DNA of 64,000 nucleotides from an uncultured Ignavibacteriaceae bacterium (lineage in GTDB: Bacteria > Bacteroidota > Ignavibacteria > Tepidaquicellales > Tepidaquicellaceae). The notes under the pieces were generated by a model. That model did not search any database, was not told where the DNA came from, and saw nothing but the letters and a program-made list of their open reading frames with translations. Where the stretch lies: NCBI GenBank assembly GCA_964399995.1, contig CAYNTN010000007.1, forward strand, positions 226 to 64,225, read 5' to 3'. Position 1 is the first letter of the stretch. Each line of letters opens with the position of its first letter. A program made the position numbers and the translations under genes. Below are positions 1-9,709 of this stretch, in pieces.

Positions 1-28
1 AATTAACATCTTATCAAAAAATTATAAC

Positions 29-988
29 ATGGGCGAAGTAAAAGAAATTAAAACAGATTTAAAAGATATGATAGAAATCCCCGGCGGAAAATTTCTGATG
101 GGTTCGGATAATTTTTATCCTGAAGAGAAGCCGGTTCACGAAGTTACAGTTGATGGATTTTGGATGGATAAGTATGAAGTTACAAATGAACAGTATGAGA
201 AATTTGTAAATGAAAGCGGTTATGTTACTGTTGCCGAAAGACCTCTGGCGCCGGAAGATTATCCAACGGTTGACCCCGCTTTGTTGGTTCCGGGAGCTTT
301 GGTATTTCAGAAATCCAAGGGACCGGTAAATCTTAATGATTATCATAACTGGTGGAGATGGGTGCCCGGTACATGCTGGAATCATCCGAAGGGACCTGAG
401 AGCAGCATTAAAGGAAGGGAAAAATATCCTGTGGTTCATATAGCTTATGAAGATGCCGAGTCTTATGCAAACTGGATTGGAAAAGAATTGCCGACGGAGG
501 CTGAATGGGAATTTGCTGCACGAGGCGGTCTTGAAGGAAAGAATTTTATCTGGGGTGATCTTGATATTCAATATTCAACTCCGCAGGCAAATACATGGCA
601 GGGAGAATTTCCATATCAGAATTTATTAATAGACGAATATGAAGGAACTTCACCGGTCGGCTCTTTTGCTCCTAACGGTTATGGTCTCTTTGATATGGCA
701 GGAAATGTTTGGGAATGGACAAGCGACTGGTATGTCGCACATCTAGATGACAGCGCAAATGAATTTAAGACTTGCTGCACGCCGGCAGTTAATCCGAGAG
801 TAACTTCTCCCGGGGGAAGCTATGATGTACGCCAGCCGCAAATTAAGATTCCGAGAAAAGTAGTAAAAGGAGGATCACATTTGTGTGCTCCGAATTATTG
901 CTTAAGATACAGACCTGCAGCGAGGCAGCCACAGATGATAGATACAGGGATGAGTCATATCGGGTTCAGGTGTATTGTGAGGAAGTAG
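29..988 (+). CDS. formylglycine-generating enzyme (FGE/SUMF1) family protein
   Basis: 319-aa ORF with FGE-type motifs recognised by eye (WEWTSDWY, GGSHLCAPNYCLRYRPAAR, GFRC). Confidence 0.85.
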   Translation: MGEVKEIKTDLKDMIEIPGGKFLMGSDNFYPEEKPVHEVTVDGFWMDKYEVTNEQYEKFVNESGYVTVAERPLAPEDYPTVDPALLVPGALVFQKSKGPVNLNDYHNWWRWVPGTCWNHPKGPESSIKGREKYPVVHIAYEDAESYANWIGKELPTEAEWEFAARGGLEGKNFIWGDLDIQYSTPQANTWQGEFPYQNLLIDEYEGTSPVGSFAPNGYGLFDMAGNVWEWTSDWYVAHLDDSANEFKTCCTPAVNPRVTSPGGSYDVRQPQIKIPRKVVKGGSHLCAPNYCLRYRPAARQPQMIDTGMSHIGFRCIVRK

Positions 989-989
989 T

Positions 990-1043
990 CGGGTATTGGT
1001 ATTGAGTAAGTCAAATAACTCAAAACTCATAACTCAATACTCC
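990..1043. repeat. short inverted repeat array (GGTATTGAGTA ... ACTCAATACTCC) between convergent genes
   Basis: Starts 2 nt after the FGE stop and ends 1 nt before the S8 gene stop. The arms are built from about 7-nt units (NAWAACT x4 on the right). Confidence 0.7.
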
Positions 1044-2852
1044 TTACTTCAAAAGCAGCATTCTCTTTGTCATAATGAAATTTCCATCCGCTACCATTGA
1101 ATAAAAATAAACGCCGCTTGATAAACCGCCTCCGTTGAATGTAACTGAATAGCTTCCGGCGTTCTGTCTTTCGTTTACAATTGTCGAAACTTCTCTGCCG
1201 AGTGTGTTATAGATCTTTATGCTGATATTGCCGGCATCTTTGAGATTGTAGCTGATTACTGTTGAAGGATTGAACGGGTTAGGGATGTTTTGCTTTAATT
1301 CATAACCTTCAATTATTGATGCACTGCTGCCGGTATTTATTGAGGTCATTATTCTTGCGAGCTTTACAGCTTCCCAGCAGTTTATCAATCCCCAACCTCT
1401 TCTTCTGTTCGGTGCAAATGCACTGTCTGCAGTCTGTGTCAGAAGTTGTCTTACCTGCATTGGAGTGAGACCCGGATTTGCAGAAAGTATTATTGCACAA
1501 ACTCCCGCAGTCATAGGACACGAGAAAGATGTTCCGCTGCCTGAGGAATAACCTGTGTTACCAGATCCTGACTGAGCAACTACATTGCCGTTTCCTAATG
1601 CACAAACATCAGGTTTTATTCTGCCATCAACTGATAATCCGACTGATGAAAATGAAGATCTGTTTTTATTTGCATTTACCGAACCGACACAGATTACACT
1701 GTCGCCGTCTGAAGGAGCGCCGAGAGTGTTGTGAGTTGCGTGGTATCCTTCATTACCGGCTGAGTTACAGACAATTATTCCTTTATTGACAGCAAGATCC
1801 GCACCGATAGTAATGACACAACTGTCTCCGTTCATCCATGTCCAGTCATAAGAACGGATTGAACCCGGATCCATTCCGATGTATCCAAGCGAGCTTGTAA
1901 TAATATCCGCGCCAAGACTGTCAGCCCACTCTGCAGCAGCAATCCAGTTGTCTTCTTCTAGCGGCGTTTCGCTTTCTGTATTTTCTGTCTTTGCTAAAAT
2001 ATACTTAGATCTGAAAGCCGGTGAAATTAAATTCCCCGGTCTGTATCCGCCAACTAAAGATAATGTTGCTGTTCCGTGTGAACCCTCTCCCATCTGTCCA
2101 TTTTCATTAGCTACATTTGTATCATGATTTACAAAGTCATAAGTCCGAAGTCCTCTTGACCTTATCGAATCAAATGAAGGATGCTGAAGATTATCAAATC
2201 CCGCATCAAAAGAAGCAATCAAAACTCCCTGACCTTTGTATCCGCTGTCATGAGCCATAGGTGCATTGATAAGTTCCATTTGCGCAAGCGAGCTACCGTA
2301 GTTAAGCTGATAATCATTATCATCCGAAATCGCATAATTTTCCGGAATAATTTCTTGTAGTTTTTTTAATTCAATATCTTCCGCGTTCTTTTTAAATTTT
2401 ATTACAAGATCAACCTTCTTTACATAATCGTGATGGATAATTTGTTCGAGCTGAACTTTCGTTGCATAGCACGAAACGCTGTTAAACCATTTCGATTTAT
2501 GTTTTATTTCAATGCCTGAGTTTTTCAGACCGGAAATGTAATTATTGCTAACCGGTAGATCGGTAATATCAACTAAAGCATTAACCGGCTTAACTTTTTT
2601 TCTTCTGTCAATCGCCTTTTGAGTAAGATACAATTCAGGATGAGCAAGTAAATAATTCACGTTGGTTCCTTTATCAGCAAAGTTAATCCATACGAGTATC
2701 TTTTCATCATCGGTTCTTACATTCATCTCGGACATAAGATTTTTACCGAGCTTGTATTGACTGCTGAAATTATTGCTTCCGAGAAGAGAAAACATTGTAA
2801 AGAAGGAAGCTATTACAAATATAAAAGAGGGGAACGATTTTTTGCTTTTCAT
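1044..2852 (-). CDS. secreted S8 (subtilisin-family) serine peptidase with T9SS C-terminal sorting domain
   Basis: Signal peptide. Asp/His/Ser triad contexts SFDAGFD, GSHGTATLS, GTSFSCPMTAG. C-terminus NIPNPFNPSTVISYNL...GVYFYSM...KRMLLLK is a type-A T9SS CTD. Confidence 0.9.
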   Translation of the reverse strand: MKSKKSFPSFIFVIASFFTMFSLLGSNNFSSQYKLGKNLMSEMNVRTDDEKILVWINFADKGTNVNYLLAHPELYLTQKAIDRRKKVKPVNALVDITDLPVSNNYISGLKNSGIEIKHKSKWFNSVSCYATKVQLEQIIHHDYVKKVDLVIKFKKNAEDIELKKLQEIIPENYAISDDNDYQLNYGSSLAQMELINAPMAHDSGYKGQGVLIASFDAGFDNLQHPSFDSIRSRGLRTYDFVNHDTNVANENGQMGEGSHGTATLSLVGGYRPGNLISPAFRSKYILAKTENTESETPLEEDNWIAAAEWADSLGADIITSSLGYIGMDPGSIRSYDWTWMNGDSCVITIGADLAVNKGIIVCNSAGNEGYHATHNTLGAPSDGDSVICVGSVNANKNRSSFSSVGLSVDGRIKPDVCALGNGNVVAQSGSGNTGYSSGSGTSFSCPMTAGVCAIILSANPGLTPMQVRQLLTQTADSAFAPNRRRGWGLINCWEAVKLARIMTSINTGSSASIIEGYELKQNIPNPFNPSTVISYNLKDAGNISIKIYNTLGREVSTIVNERQNAGSYSVTFNGGGLSSGVYFYSMVADGNFIMTKRMLLLK

Positions 2853-2950
2853 TTGGATTGGGAAAGTTTGTTTGATACTGTAAAAATTGTTTTGTTAAAA
2901 TTAAGCATTTTAGATTTAATATTCTAAACTTAATTAAATGGTAAAAGATT

Positions 2951-3074
2951 TCGATTAGTTGATTGGTTAATTTATTGATTTCGTTAATTTGTTGATTTGT
3001 TAAAATTAGTTCAGTCACGTACAGACAAACCAATTAACCAGTCAACCAATTAACCAGTTAACCAGTCAACCAAT
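2951..3074. repeat. inverted short-tandem-repeat arrays (TTGATTGGTTAA-like / TTAACCAGTCAA-like)
   Basis: Left arm 2951-3003 and right arm 3028-3074 are approximate reverse complements built from tandem 7-8-nt units. They fill the spacer between the two S8 genes. Confidence 0.7.
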
Positions 3075-3076
3075 AT

Positions 3077-5116
3077 TTAAGGACGATAAACGCTCACAAA
3101 ATTGTAGGAATTTTCATAAGCCAGTAAAATATCATTCAGATCAATTATATTTTCACCCGTCAGGTCAGTATTAACATATCCTGTTACAAAGTTCGAAGCG
3201 TCATTGTAAATTGCAATTACATCCGGAAGCCCGATCACTCCATCTTTAATGACATCCCCGTTATACAAAGTCCATTTCACGCCTGCTTTCTTTAAATTAT
3301 TTCCAAAAGCCTGAGCTGAATCACTTGTGAAATTATAAGATATATTGTTTGTATTAAAACTCAATGGATTTCTGCTCCATGTTTCCAGTCCGCTGCGGTG
3401 TGAGATCTGTAAATAATAATCTGATGCGCTTAAAATATTGTTAAACATTAAAGAAGCATTCCCTGATGAATTCAGAGTCTCTTTTGCAGAATCAATTGTA
3501 TTGAAAGGGGAAACATTACTTCTTAAATAAACTCTTACTGTATCATTAATCATAAAGTTCGATCCTGAATTATAAAGACCTTCAATCAGTAATGTCAGAT
3601 TCAGAGTTTTCGATCTTGCGAGCTTCACCGCTTCCCAGCAGTTTATCAGTCCCCAGCCTCTTCTTCTGTTAGGTGCAAAGGCACTGTCAGCTGTTTGTGT
3701 CAGTAACTGCCATACCTGACGCGGTGTGAGGTTCGGATTTGCAGAAAGTAATACTGCACAAACTCCTGCAGTCATCGGACATGAAAAAGATGTCCCGCTT
3801 CCCGTTGTATATCCTGTACTTCCGGAACCGGGAGCAGCTGTATAATTTCCGCTGCCTAATGCACATACATCCGGTTTGATTCTTCCGTCAACTGACAATC
3901 CTACCGATGAAAATGAAGATCTGTTTTTATTTGAATTCACCGAACCGACACAAATTACACTGTCACCGTCTGAAGGTGCAACGAGTGTGTTATGGGTTGA
4001 ATTAAATCCTTCATTGCCGGCTGAGTTGCAGACAATAATTCCTTTATTCACTGCAAGATCAGCACCGATAGTAATCACACAGCTGTCTCCGTTCATCCAT
4101 GTCCAGTCATACGACCGGATGGATCCGAAATCCATATCAAGATATCCCAGAGAACTTGTAATGATATCGGCTCCAAGACTGTCAGCCCATTCAGCTGCAG
4201 CGATCCAGTTGTCTTCTTCGAGTGGTGTCTCACTGTCTGTATTTTCAGTCTTTGCAACAATATACTTTGATCTGAAAGCAGGTGAGATCAGACTTCCCGG
4301 TCTGTAGCCGCCAACAAGTGAAAGGGTCATCGTTCCGTGCGAGCCTTCACCCATCTGTCCGGATTGGTTGGCTATAATTGTATCATGATTCACAAAGTCA
4401 TATGTTCTTATTCCTCTTGCCCGTATAGAGTCAAATGCAGGATGCTGCAGATTGTCAACTCCGGTATCGAAAGATGCAATCAAAACTCCTTGACCTTTGT
4501 ATCCGCTGTCATGTGCCATTGGAGCATTTATGATCTGCATCTGAGCAAGTGAATTACCATAGTTTAAAATATAGTTGACATTGTTTATACCTCCGCTATT
4601 GTCCTCTTCAGTCAGCGGATATTTTTTTTTTAATTCAATATCTTCAACACTCTTTTTAAATTTCATTACAAGGTCCGCCTTTTTCACATAATCATAATTG
4701 ATAATTTGTTCGAGCTGAACTTTCGTAACATAGCACGAAACCCTGTTAAACCACTTTGATTTATTCTTTACTTCTATGCCGGAATTCTCAAGGTCTGAAA
4801 TGTATACACCATTTAATGGTAAGTCTGTAAAATCTACTAAAGAATTTACGGGTTTGACTTTCTTTCTTCTGTCAATTGCTTTTTGAGTAAGATATAATTC
4901 CGGATGTGTCAACAAATAACTTGTGTTATTTCCTTTATCGGAAAGTTCAAGCCAAACAAGAATTTTTTCATCATCAGTTCTTACATTCATTTCTGACATC
5001 AGACTTTTGCCGAGTTTGTACTGATTACTGAAATTATTGATTCCGGGAAGTAAAAATATTAAAATAAAAGATAATATAGCAAGAAAAAACACAGAGTTGG
5101 AATTTTTGATTTTCAT
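3077..5116 (-). CDS. secreted S8 serine peptidase paralog with C-terminal beta-sandwich plus dockerin-like module
   Basis: Catalytic region near-identical to 1044..2852. The last 175 aa are replaced by LNLTLLIEG...GDVIKDGVIGLPDVIAIYN...TDLTGENIIDLNDILLAYEN...VYRP. Start moved to MKIKNSN (signal peptide); the ORF also opens at 5128. Confidence 0.85.
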   Translation of the reverse strand: MKIKNSNSVFFLAILSFILIFLLPGINNFSNQYKLGKSLMSEMNVRTDDEKILVWLELSDKGNNTSYLLTHPELYLTQKAIDRRKKVKPVNSLVDFTDLPLNGVYISDLENSGIEVKNKSKWFNRVSCYVTKVQLEQIINYDYVKKADLVMKFKKSVEDIELKKKYPLTEEDNSGGINNVNYILNYGNSLAQMQIINAPMAHDSGYKGQGVLIASFDTGVDNLQHPAFDSIRARGIRTYDFVNHDTIIANQSGQMGEGSHGTMTLSLVGGYRPGSLISPAFRSKYIVAKTENTDSETPLEEDNWIAAAEWADSLGADIITSSLGYLDMDFGSIRSYDWTWMNGDSCVITIGADLAVNKGIIVCNSAGNEGFNSTHNTLVAPSDGDSVICVGSVNSNKNRSSFSSVGLSVDGRIKPDVCALGSGNYTAAPGSGSTGYTTGSGTSFSCPMTAGVCAVLLSANPNLTPRQVWQLLTQTADSAFAPNRRRGWGLINCWEAVKLARSKTLNLTLLIEGLYNSGSNFMINDTVRVYLRSNVSPFNTIDSAKETLNSSGNASLMFNNILSASDYYLQISHRSGLETWSRNPLSFNTNNISYNFTSDSAQAFGNNLKKAGVKWTLYNGDVIKDGVIGLPDVIAIYNDASNFVTGYVNTDLTGENIIDLNDILLAYENSYNFVSVYRP

Positions 5117-5296
5117 AGGAATGGGCAAATATTGTTTTTGAAGGAAAATTGTTTTGGTACTTTATACATGTTAAAATTAGAGTACTAAAACCTTAAATTA
5201 AATGTCAAAATACATCGGATTCCGCTGATTGGAATTGATTCGAAGGCTTGTACACTACATTTTTTCTCGAAGATGTTCGCAGATTATTAGATTCAG

Positions 5297-5330
5297 AAAA
5301 AAAACCCGGATGGCTTTTCAGCCAACCGGG
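5297..5330 (-). terminator. rho-independent terminator after 5358..5969
   Basis: Minus strand reads CCCGGTTGGC-tgaaaa-GCCATCCGGG followed by T8, 28 nt downstream of the stop. Confidence 0.7.
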
Positions 5331-5357
5331 CTTGGATTACGATTTACAAAATTAATT

Positions 5358-5969
5358 CTATGGTCTGCGAACCGTAACAAAATTAATGTTATTATTGAAT
5401 GCTATTATTACATCATTTAAATCTAAAACAGCATCTCCGCTTAAATCAGTAACTAATTCTCCGGTGGTAAAGATTGCGGCTTCATTGTATATTTGTAATA
5501 CTTCTGTGAGATCTATTGACCCATTTTGATAAATATCACCCTGATAGATTCTCCAGCCGGGAGCAACAAATGTTTGATTATTTCCAAATGCCTGCCCTGC
5601 GGCAGTCGTGAAATCATAAGCAAAGATACCTCCGCCTACTACCAAAATTGGTACAGAACTCCAGGTTTCAAATAAATTCCAGCCTTTAATTGAAATGTAA
5701 TAAAATCCGCCTATTATAATTGGAAATGGCGGAAAAGCTGCAACAGCATCACCGTTTAAATCTATCACTGCAGGACCTGAAGTTATTACTCCGAATGGTG
5801 CAACACCTGCATGAAGTGACACTTCTATTGGAATTGTATAATTCGTCGGATATGTGTGACCTTGAAGCATACATGTAACAGTTTGAGCGTTAGTTTTCAA
5901 ATTAACAGTTATAAAGATTATACTGAAAGCCACGCATGTTACGATGGTGAATTTAACACGTGTTTTCAT
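5358..5969 (-). CDS. small secreted protein consisting of signal peptide plus beta-sandwich/dockerin-like module
   Basis: 203 aa. C-terminus ETWSSVP...AYDFTTAAGQAFGNN...YQGDIYQNGSIDLTEVLQIYN...TDLSGDAVLDLNDVIIAFNN...VRRP aligns with the modules of 3077, 6925 and 12659. Confidence 0.75.
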   Translation of the reverse strand: MKTRVKFTIVTCVAFSIIFITVNLKTNAQTVTCMLQGHTYPTNYTIPIEVSLHAGVAPFGVITSGPAVIDLNGDAVAAFPPFPIIIGGFYYISIKGWNLFETWSSVPILVVGGGIFAYDFTTAAGQAFGNNQTFVAPGWRIYQGDIYQNGSIDLTEVLQIYNEAAIFTTGELVTDLSGDAVLDLNDVIIAFNNNINFVTVRRP

Positions 5970-5998
5970 TATAGTTTTATTTTTAATTTTATTAATTA

Positions 5999-6032
5999 TT
6001 TGAAATTTGACATTTGAAATTTGTAATTGTAG
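5999..6032. repeat. heptamer tandem array (TTTGAAA/TTTGACA/TTTGTAA)
   Basis: tttgaaa tttgaca tttgaaa tttgtaa ttgtag, read directly; lies just upstream of the 5969 start. Confidence 0.6.
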
Positions 6033-6311
6033 AACCCCGCCCGGCTGTTCTCATTTCCGGAGAAAACCGGACGGGCTTTTCCGTAACTTTTGCAAAAAGT
6101 TTATATGTGAGATGATCATAATTTGTGAGGTTAATGTTTTTACAAATTAACAAAACTTTCCCTTAAGTCAAAAGAAAATTTTTCTCAATTTTCTTTCAAA
6201 TGTAACTGAACTTTTTGTAAATTTCTTTAATTCGAATTCAGAAATTAAAGATTTGTTAATTTGATTTTCACACGAAAATGCTATATTTTATTTATGAAAC
6301 CTTTATGTTAT

Positions 6312-6352
6312 TTGTGAACAAAACCCGGATTACTTTTCAGCCATCCGGGTTT
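6312..6352 (-). terminator. terminator-like hairpin downstream of CTD remnant
   Basis: Minus strand AAACCCGGAT-ggctgaaaagta-ATCCGGGTTT, then TGTTCAC (weak T tract). Near-identical stem to the hairpins at 5297 and 6852. Confidence 0.45.
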
Positions 6353-6384
6353 ACAAACAAGTTACATGCTAGTGGTCAGTTACT

Positions 6385-6560
6385 TTACATTCGTTTAACA
6401 ACAGAGAAATTTCCTGCCGTTATTTTATAAAAGTACTCTCCGCTTGCAAATCTGCTTCCATCAAATTTAAACTTCATATCTTCCCGGTGAAAACTTCTCA
6501 TTAACAAGTACATCAACTTCCTTTCCCGAGATACCATACACCTTCAAAGAAACAAATTCC
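6385..6560 (-). pseudogene. remnant of a T9SS C-terminal sorting domain (frameshifted, no upstream gene body)
   Basis: Minus-strand translation SLKVYGISGKEVDVLVNEKFSPGRYEV / frameshift / KFDGSRFASGEYFYKITAGNFSVVKRM*. No intact ORF in the track. Confidence 0.7.
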
Positions 6561-6851
6561 AAATTCGAAATCTCAAATTCCAAAAATCCTAATCCAGACA
6601 TTCATTCCTCAATATTCAATATCCCTCCACACTTATTTCTGTTATCATATTAATTTTCTTACCATTTGAGATGAATTTGACTTATGACAGTCTAACTGCT
6701 ACAGTCCGATTCAAAATGTTGTCGTTTCGTTTTATCTTAATGGTTATTTCGCTCATTATATTACTTAGATTTAATAATCCGCTTTTTATTTCATCAAAAA
6801 TAATACGAATTTAGATTCTACAATAAAACACTTACTTCATTCTAAAAGCAT

Positions 6852-6890
6852 TAAAATAAAAAACCCGGATTCTTAAAAGCCATCCGGGTT
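6852..6890 (-). terminator. rho-independent terminator after 6925..9672
   Basis: Minus strand AACCCGGAT-ggcttttaaga-ATCCGGGTT followed by TTTTATTTT. Confidence 0.7.
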
Positions 6891-6924
6891 CAATCATCTT
6901 AACGCCATGAAATAAATTCAATTC

Positions 6925-9672
6925 TTACGGGCATGGGCAAGTACAAGGTTTAAAGCATTGAACAAAGATTGTACCATTATTGTATGCTAGAATCAGGTCA
7001 GGCAGATCAACAAAACCATTTGCATTCAGATCTTCCCTCAAACAGCACCCCCGTTTCCATGGATTATTATAAATTTCAACCATATCATTTAAGTTAACAA
7101 AGCCATTACCGTTAACATCTCCATTGTAAATTGCATAGTGACCATTTTCAAGTACCTGATTATCCATGTATGCCTGATTTGCACTTGTCGAGAAATCATA
7201 CGAATAACTTCCGCCTTTTACCATATTCATTGGCAGCTTGCTCCATGTCTCAACTATGCCGTTGCACATTGCCTTTACAACTACATAATATCTCTTATTT
7301 GAATAAGCGCTAGTATTCGGAGGAAGGTTATTAAATTTTATTCCGGGAGTTCCATCCGCATCGTAAGCAATTCCATTTGGCTGTAAAAACACATTTTTCT
7401 CATCCACAAAATTACAGTCTTCATCATACAAACAGACATTAGCTTCAGTTACTCCGGTTCTGCCCTGGACAAATGCAGTTAGGTTTAATGTAGTGTAAGA
7501 TGTCGGAACCGATTTCGATAAATCTAAATATACCGCTCCTGTTACGTTACCGGAAAGATCTTCAGCTCCGGGTGCACTCCATAAAGCATCATTTCTTCCG
7601 TCACCGTTAATATCGCCTGCCCATGAATTTGAATAACCTACCTGCGCTCCGGCTGTTGGACCCGTCATGATATCATAACCTGAAGGAAGATTAACGATAT
7701 TATTTGGTGTAGTAACACCCGGGAATCTATACTCCCTTCCAACATTTTGTAAAATATCGTCATAGCCCCTTCCTCCAATTAGAAAATCATTTAACCCGTC
7801 ACCCGTATAATCACCTATACCTGCTACTGTAGAAGAGAAGTAAGCATAAGGTGCTGAAGTATTTTGCTCATTAATCTCATAAATAAGTGGAGTAATATAC
7901 CCGCTAGGTGCAGGTGAAAGCTGTATGCCGTCATACACATAAGCTTTTCCTTCAGTGTAACTCGGATATTGCCAGTCTCCAACTATAAAGTCCCTGTAAC
8001 CGTTTCCGTTAATATCTCCGAGACCTCCTACAGAAATTCCAAAGTCATTCCCATTTGTATTCTCTCCGAAAAGTACAATACCGATAAAAGTTAAATTACA
8101 ATTGCCTAAGATTATATGAGCCATTCCGCCGGGTAGTAAATTTACAGGTTCACCTATTATTATATCGTCTACTCCATCATTATTTATATCACCCACACTG
8201 GAAGTCGAATAACCGAATAATCCGGAGGCTATAGGCGAATTGTTAGATAGTCTAACTAATTGTGAAATTGCCGGCGGCGGATTAAGATTGCCTCCAAATA
8301 AGATATAAACACTCCCTGACCAATTGATACTGTAAGGTGCGCTCATCATCACATCATCAAGACAATCTCCGTTCAGATCACCGGCTTTTGAAACACAGAA
8401 TCCAAGCCTGTCCCCGGGTGCTCCTCCTTGATAAATCAAATCAGCATTTACAGCCTGACGAGCAGAGGGAAAGTTACATCTTCCATAAAAAATATAAACT
8501 CTTCCTGCATTGCCGCCATATTGTGAGGCACCAATGATTATGTCTTTAAAACCGTCATCGTTAAGATCAAAATTGCCTGCTGCTGAATTTCCAAATCCTT
8601 CACCTGCTTCTCCGGTAATGACAATATCAGGATTGGGTGCATTAACAGGATAGTTTGACTGTCCGAAATAAATTTTTGCAGTCCCGATATTTGTTCCGCC
8701 TCCGTTTACTGATGTTATCAGAAAATCATCGAACCCATCACCGTTAAAATCTCCGATACCGGCTGTTGTTAAACCGTTCCCTTCATTAAGACTACTTCCG
8801 TAAAATGGAACTACCTGTCCGCTTTGATTATTGTTTGGCGGAATATCAGCAAGTCCAAATATGTAATTAGAAGTGTTAGCAGAGAAAGTAATGACTCCGG
8901 ATGCAGTTATTTTATAACCTGCTGTACCGCTTGGGTATTTCACTCCCGATGCGAGAAATTCTCCATTACCGGCATAAAGAGCACCGATAAAATACTTAAT
9001 CGGATCACCTGATTGAAAGACAACTGTTTCGGAAAAGCCGACCGGATCAAATTTGGTTAATCCGGGAAAATCTTCACCATCACCCCATCCATACCAAAGA
9101 TAAATCCTATCATCATCATTGTTGAATGCTAATGTATAATTGAGAATTTTTTCACTGCCAAAATATTTACGGAAAGTAAGTGCTGCGGTTGTTGTATTTA
9201 CCTCAAACATTTTACCCATAGAATGCGGGGTTTGCTCAGCACCTTGGATTGCATATAGTGTCCCGTATAATGCCCCCGTTTTAGTATTGAATGTTAAAGA
9301 TTGAAACCTTTCTCCCAAAATACCAATATAATGACAAGTTCCTGCATTTTGACCCTCAACTTCTACTCTTGCCAGATATGCATTAAGATCGCCACTTACC
9401 CCTACTATAGCGTAATATAAGTTATTGAACGGATTCCTTGAAATTGATCGTAAGGTTACTCCGGAATAACCGGTCATTGTCAATGGAGCCGAAGAAACCT
9501 CACTCCACGTTGTTTCATCAATAATACAGACACTTACACCGTCTGAACCAACAATGTTTGCTCTCATTTGAGCATGCCCTAAACTCAAAATTATTAATAA
9601 AATACCAAACACAGTTCTCATTGTTAACCAATGCTTAGTGATTGACCTTTCTTTATTGACATTTGTTTTCAT
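6925..9672 (-). CDS. large secreted FG-GAP/VCBS (integrin-alpha-like) repeat protein with C-terminal dockerin-like module
   Basis: At least 6 FG-GAP-type Ca-binding repeats (GDFNGDGFDDFLI, GDLNGDCLDDVMM, GDINNDGVDDIIIG, GDINGNGYRDFIVG, GDYTGDGLNDFLIG, GDINGDGRNDALW). C-terminus GDVNGNGFVNLNDMVEIYNN...EDLNANGFVDLPDLILAYNN. AAGGAA SD-like element upstream. Confidence 0.85.
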   Translation of the reverse strand: MKTNVNKERSITKHWLTMRTVFGILLIILSLGHAQMRANIVGSDGVSVCIIDETTWSEVSSAPLTMTGYSGVTLRSISRNPFNNLYYAIVGVSGDLNAYLARVEVEGQNAGTCHYIGILGERFQSLTFNTKTGALYGTLYAIQGAEQTPHSMGKMFEVNTTTAALTFRKYFGSEKILNYTLAFNNDDDRIYLWYGWGDGEDFPGLTKFDPVGFSETVVFQSGDPIKYFIGALYAGNGEFLASGVKYPSGTAGYKITASGVITFSANTSNYIFGLADIPPNNNQSGQVVPFYGSSLNEGNGLTTAGIGDFNGDGFDDFLITSVNGGGTNIGTAKIYFGQSNYPVNAPNPDIVITGEAGEGFGNSAAGNFDLNDDGFKDIIIGASQYGGNAGRVYIFYGRCNFPSARQAVNADLIYQGGAPGDRLGFCVSKAGDLNGDCLDDVMMSAPYSINWSGSVYILFGGNLNPPPAISQLVRLSNNSPIASGLFGYSTSSVGDINNDGVDDIIIGEPVNLLPGGMAHIILGNCNLTFIGIVLFGENTNGNDFGISVGGLGDINGNGYRDFIVGDWQYPSYTEGKAYVYDGIQLSPAPSGYITPLIYEINEQNTSAPYAYFSSTVAGIGDYTGDGLNDFLIGGRGYDDILQNVGREYRFPGVTTPNNIVNLPSGYDIMTGPTAGAQVGYSNSWAGDINGDGRNDALWSAPGAEDLSGNVTGAVYLDLSKSVPTSYTTLNLTAFVQGRTGVTEANVCLYDEDCNFVDEKNVFLQPNGIAYDADGTPGIKFNNLPPNTSAYSNKRYYVVVKAMCNGIVETWSKLPMNMVKGGSYSYDFSTSANQAYMDNQVLENGHYAIYNGDVNGNGFVNLNDMVEIYNNPWKRGCCLREDLNANGFVDLPDLILAYNNGTIFVQCFKPCTCPCP

Positions 9673-9709
9673 TGTAATTTTCCTTATAGTTTAATTTTTT
9701 TTAAAATAT

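Noticed and set aside
1879-4307. Conserved antisense ORFs 1879..2127 and 3876..4307 sharing SAPRLSAHSAAAIQLSSSSGVSLSVFSVFA
   Set aside because: The conservation is a by-product of lying antisense to the duplicated S8 protease genes. They have no independent start or SD signals and a low-complexity composition.
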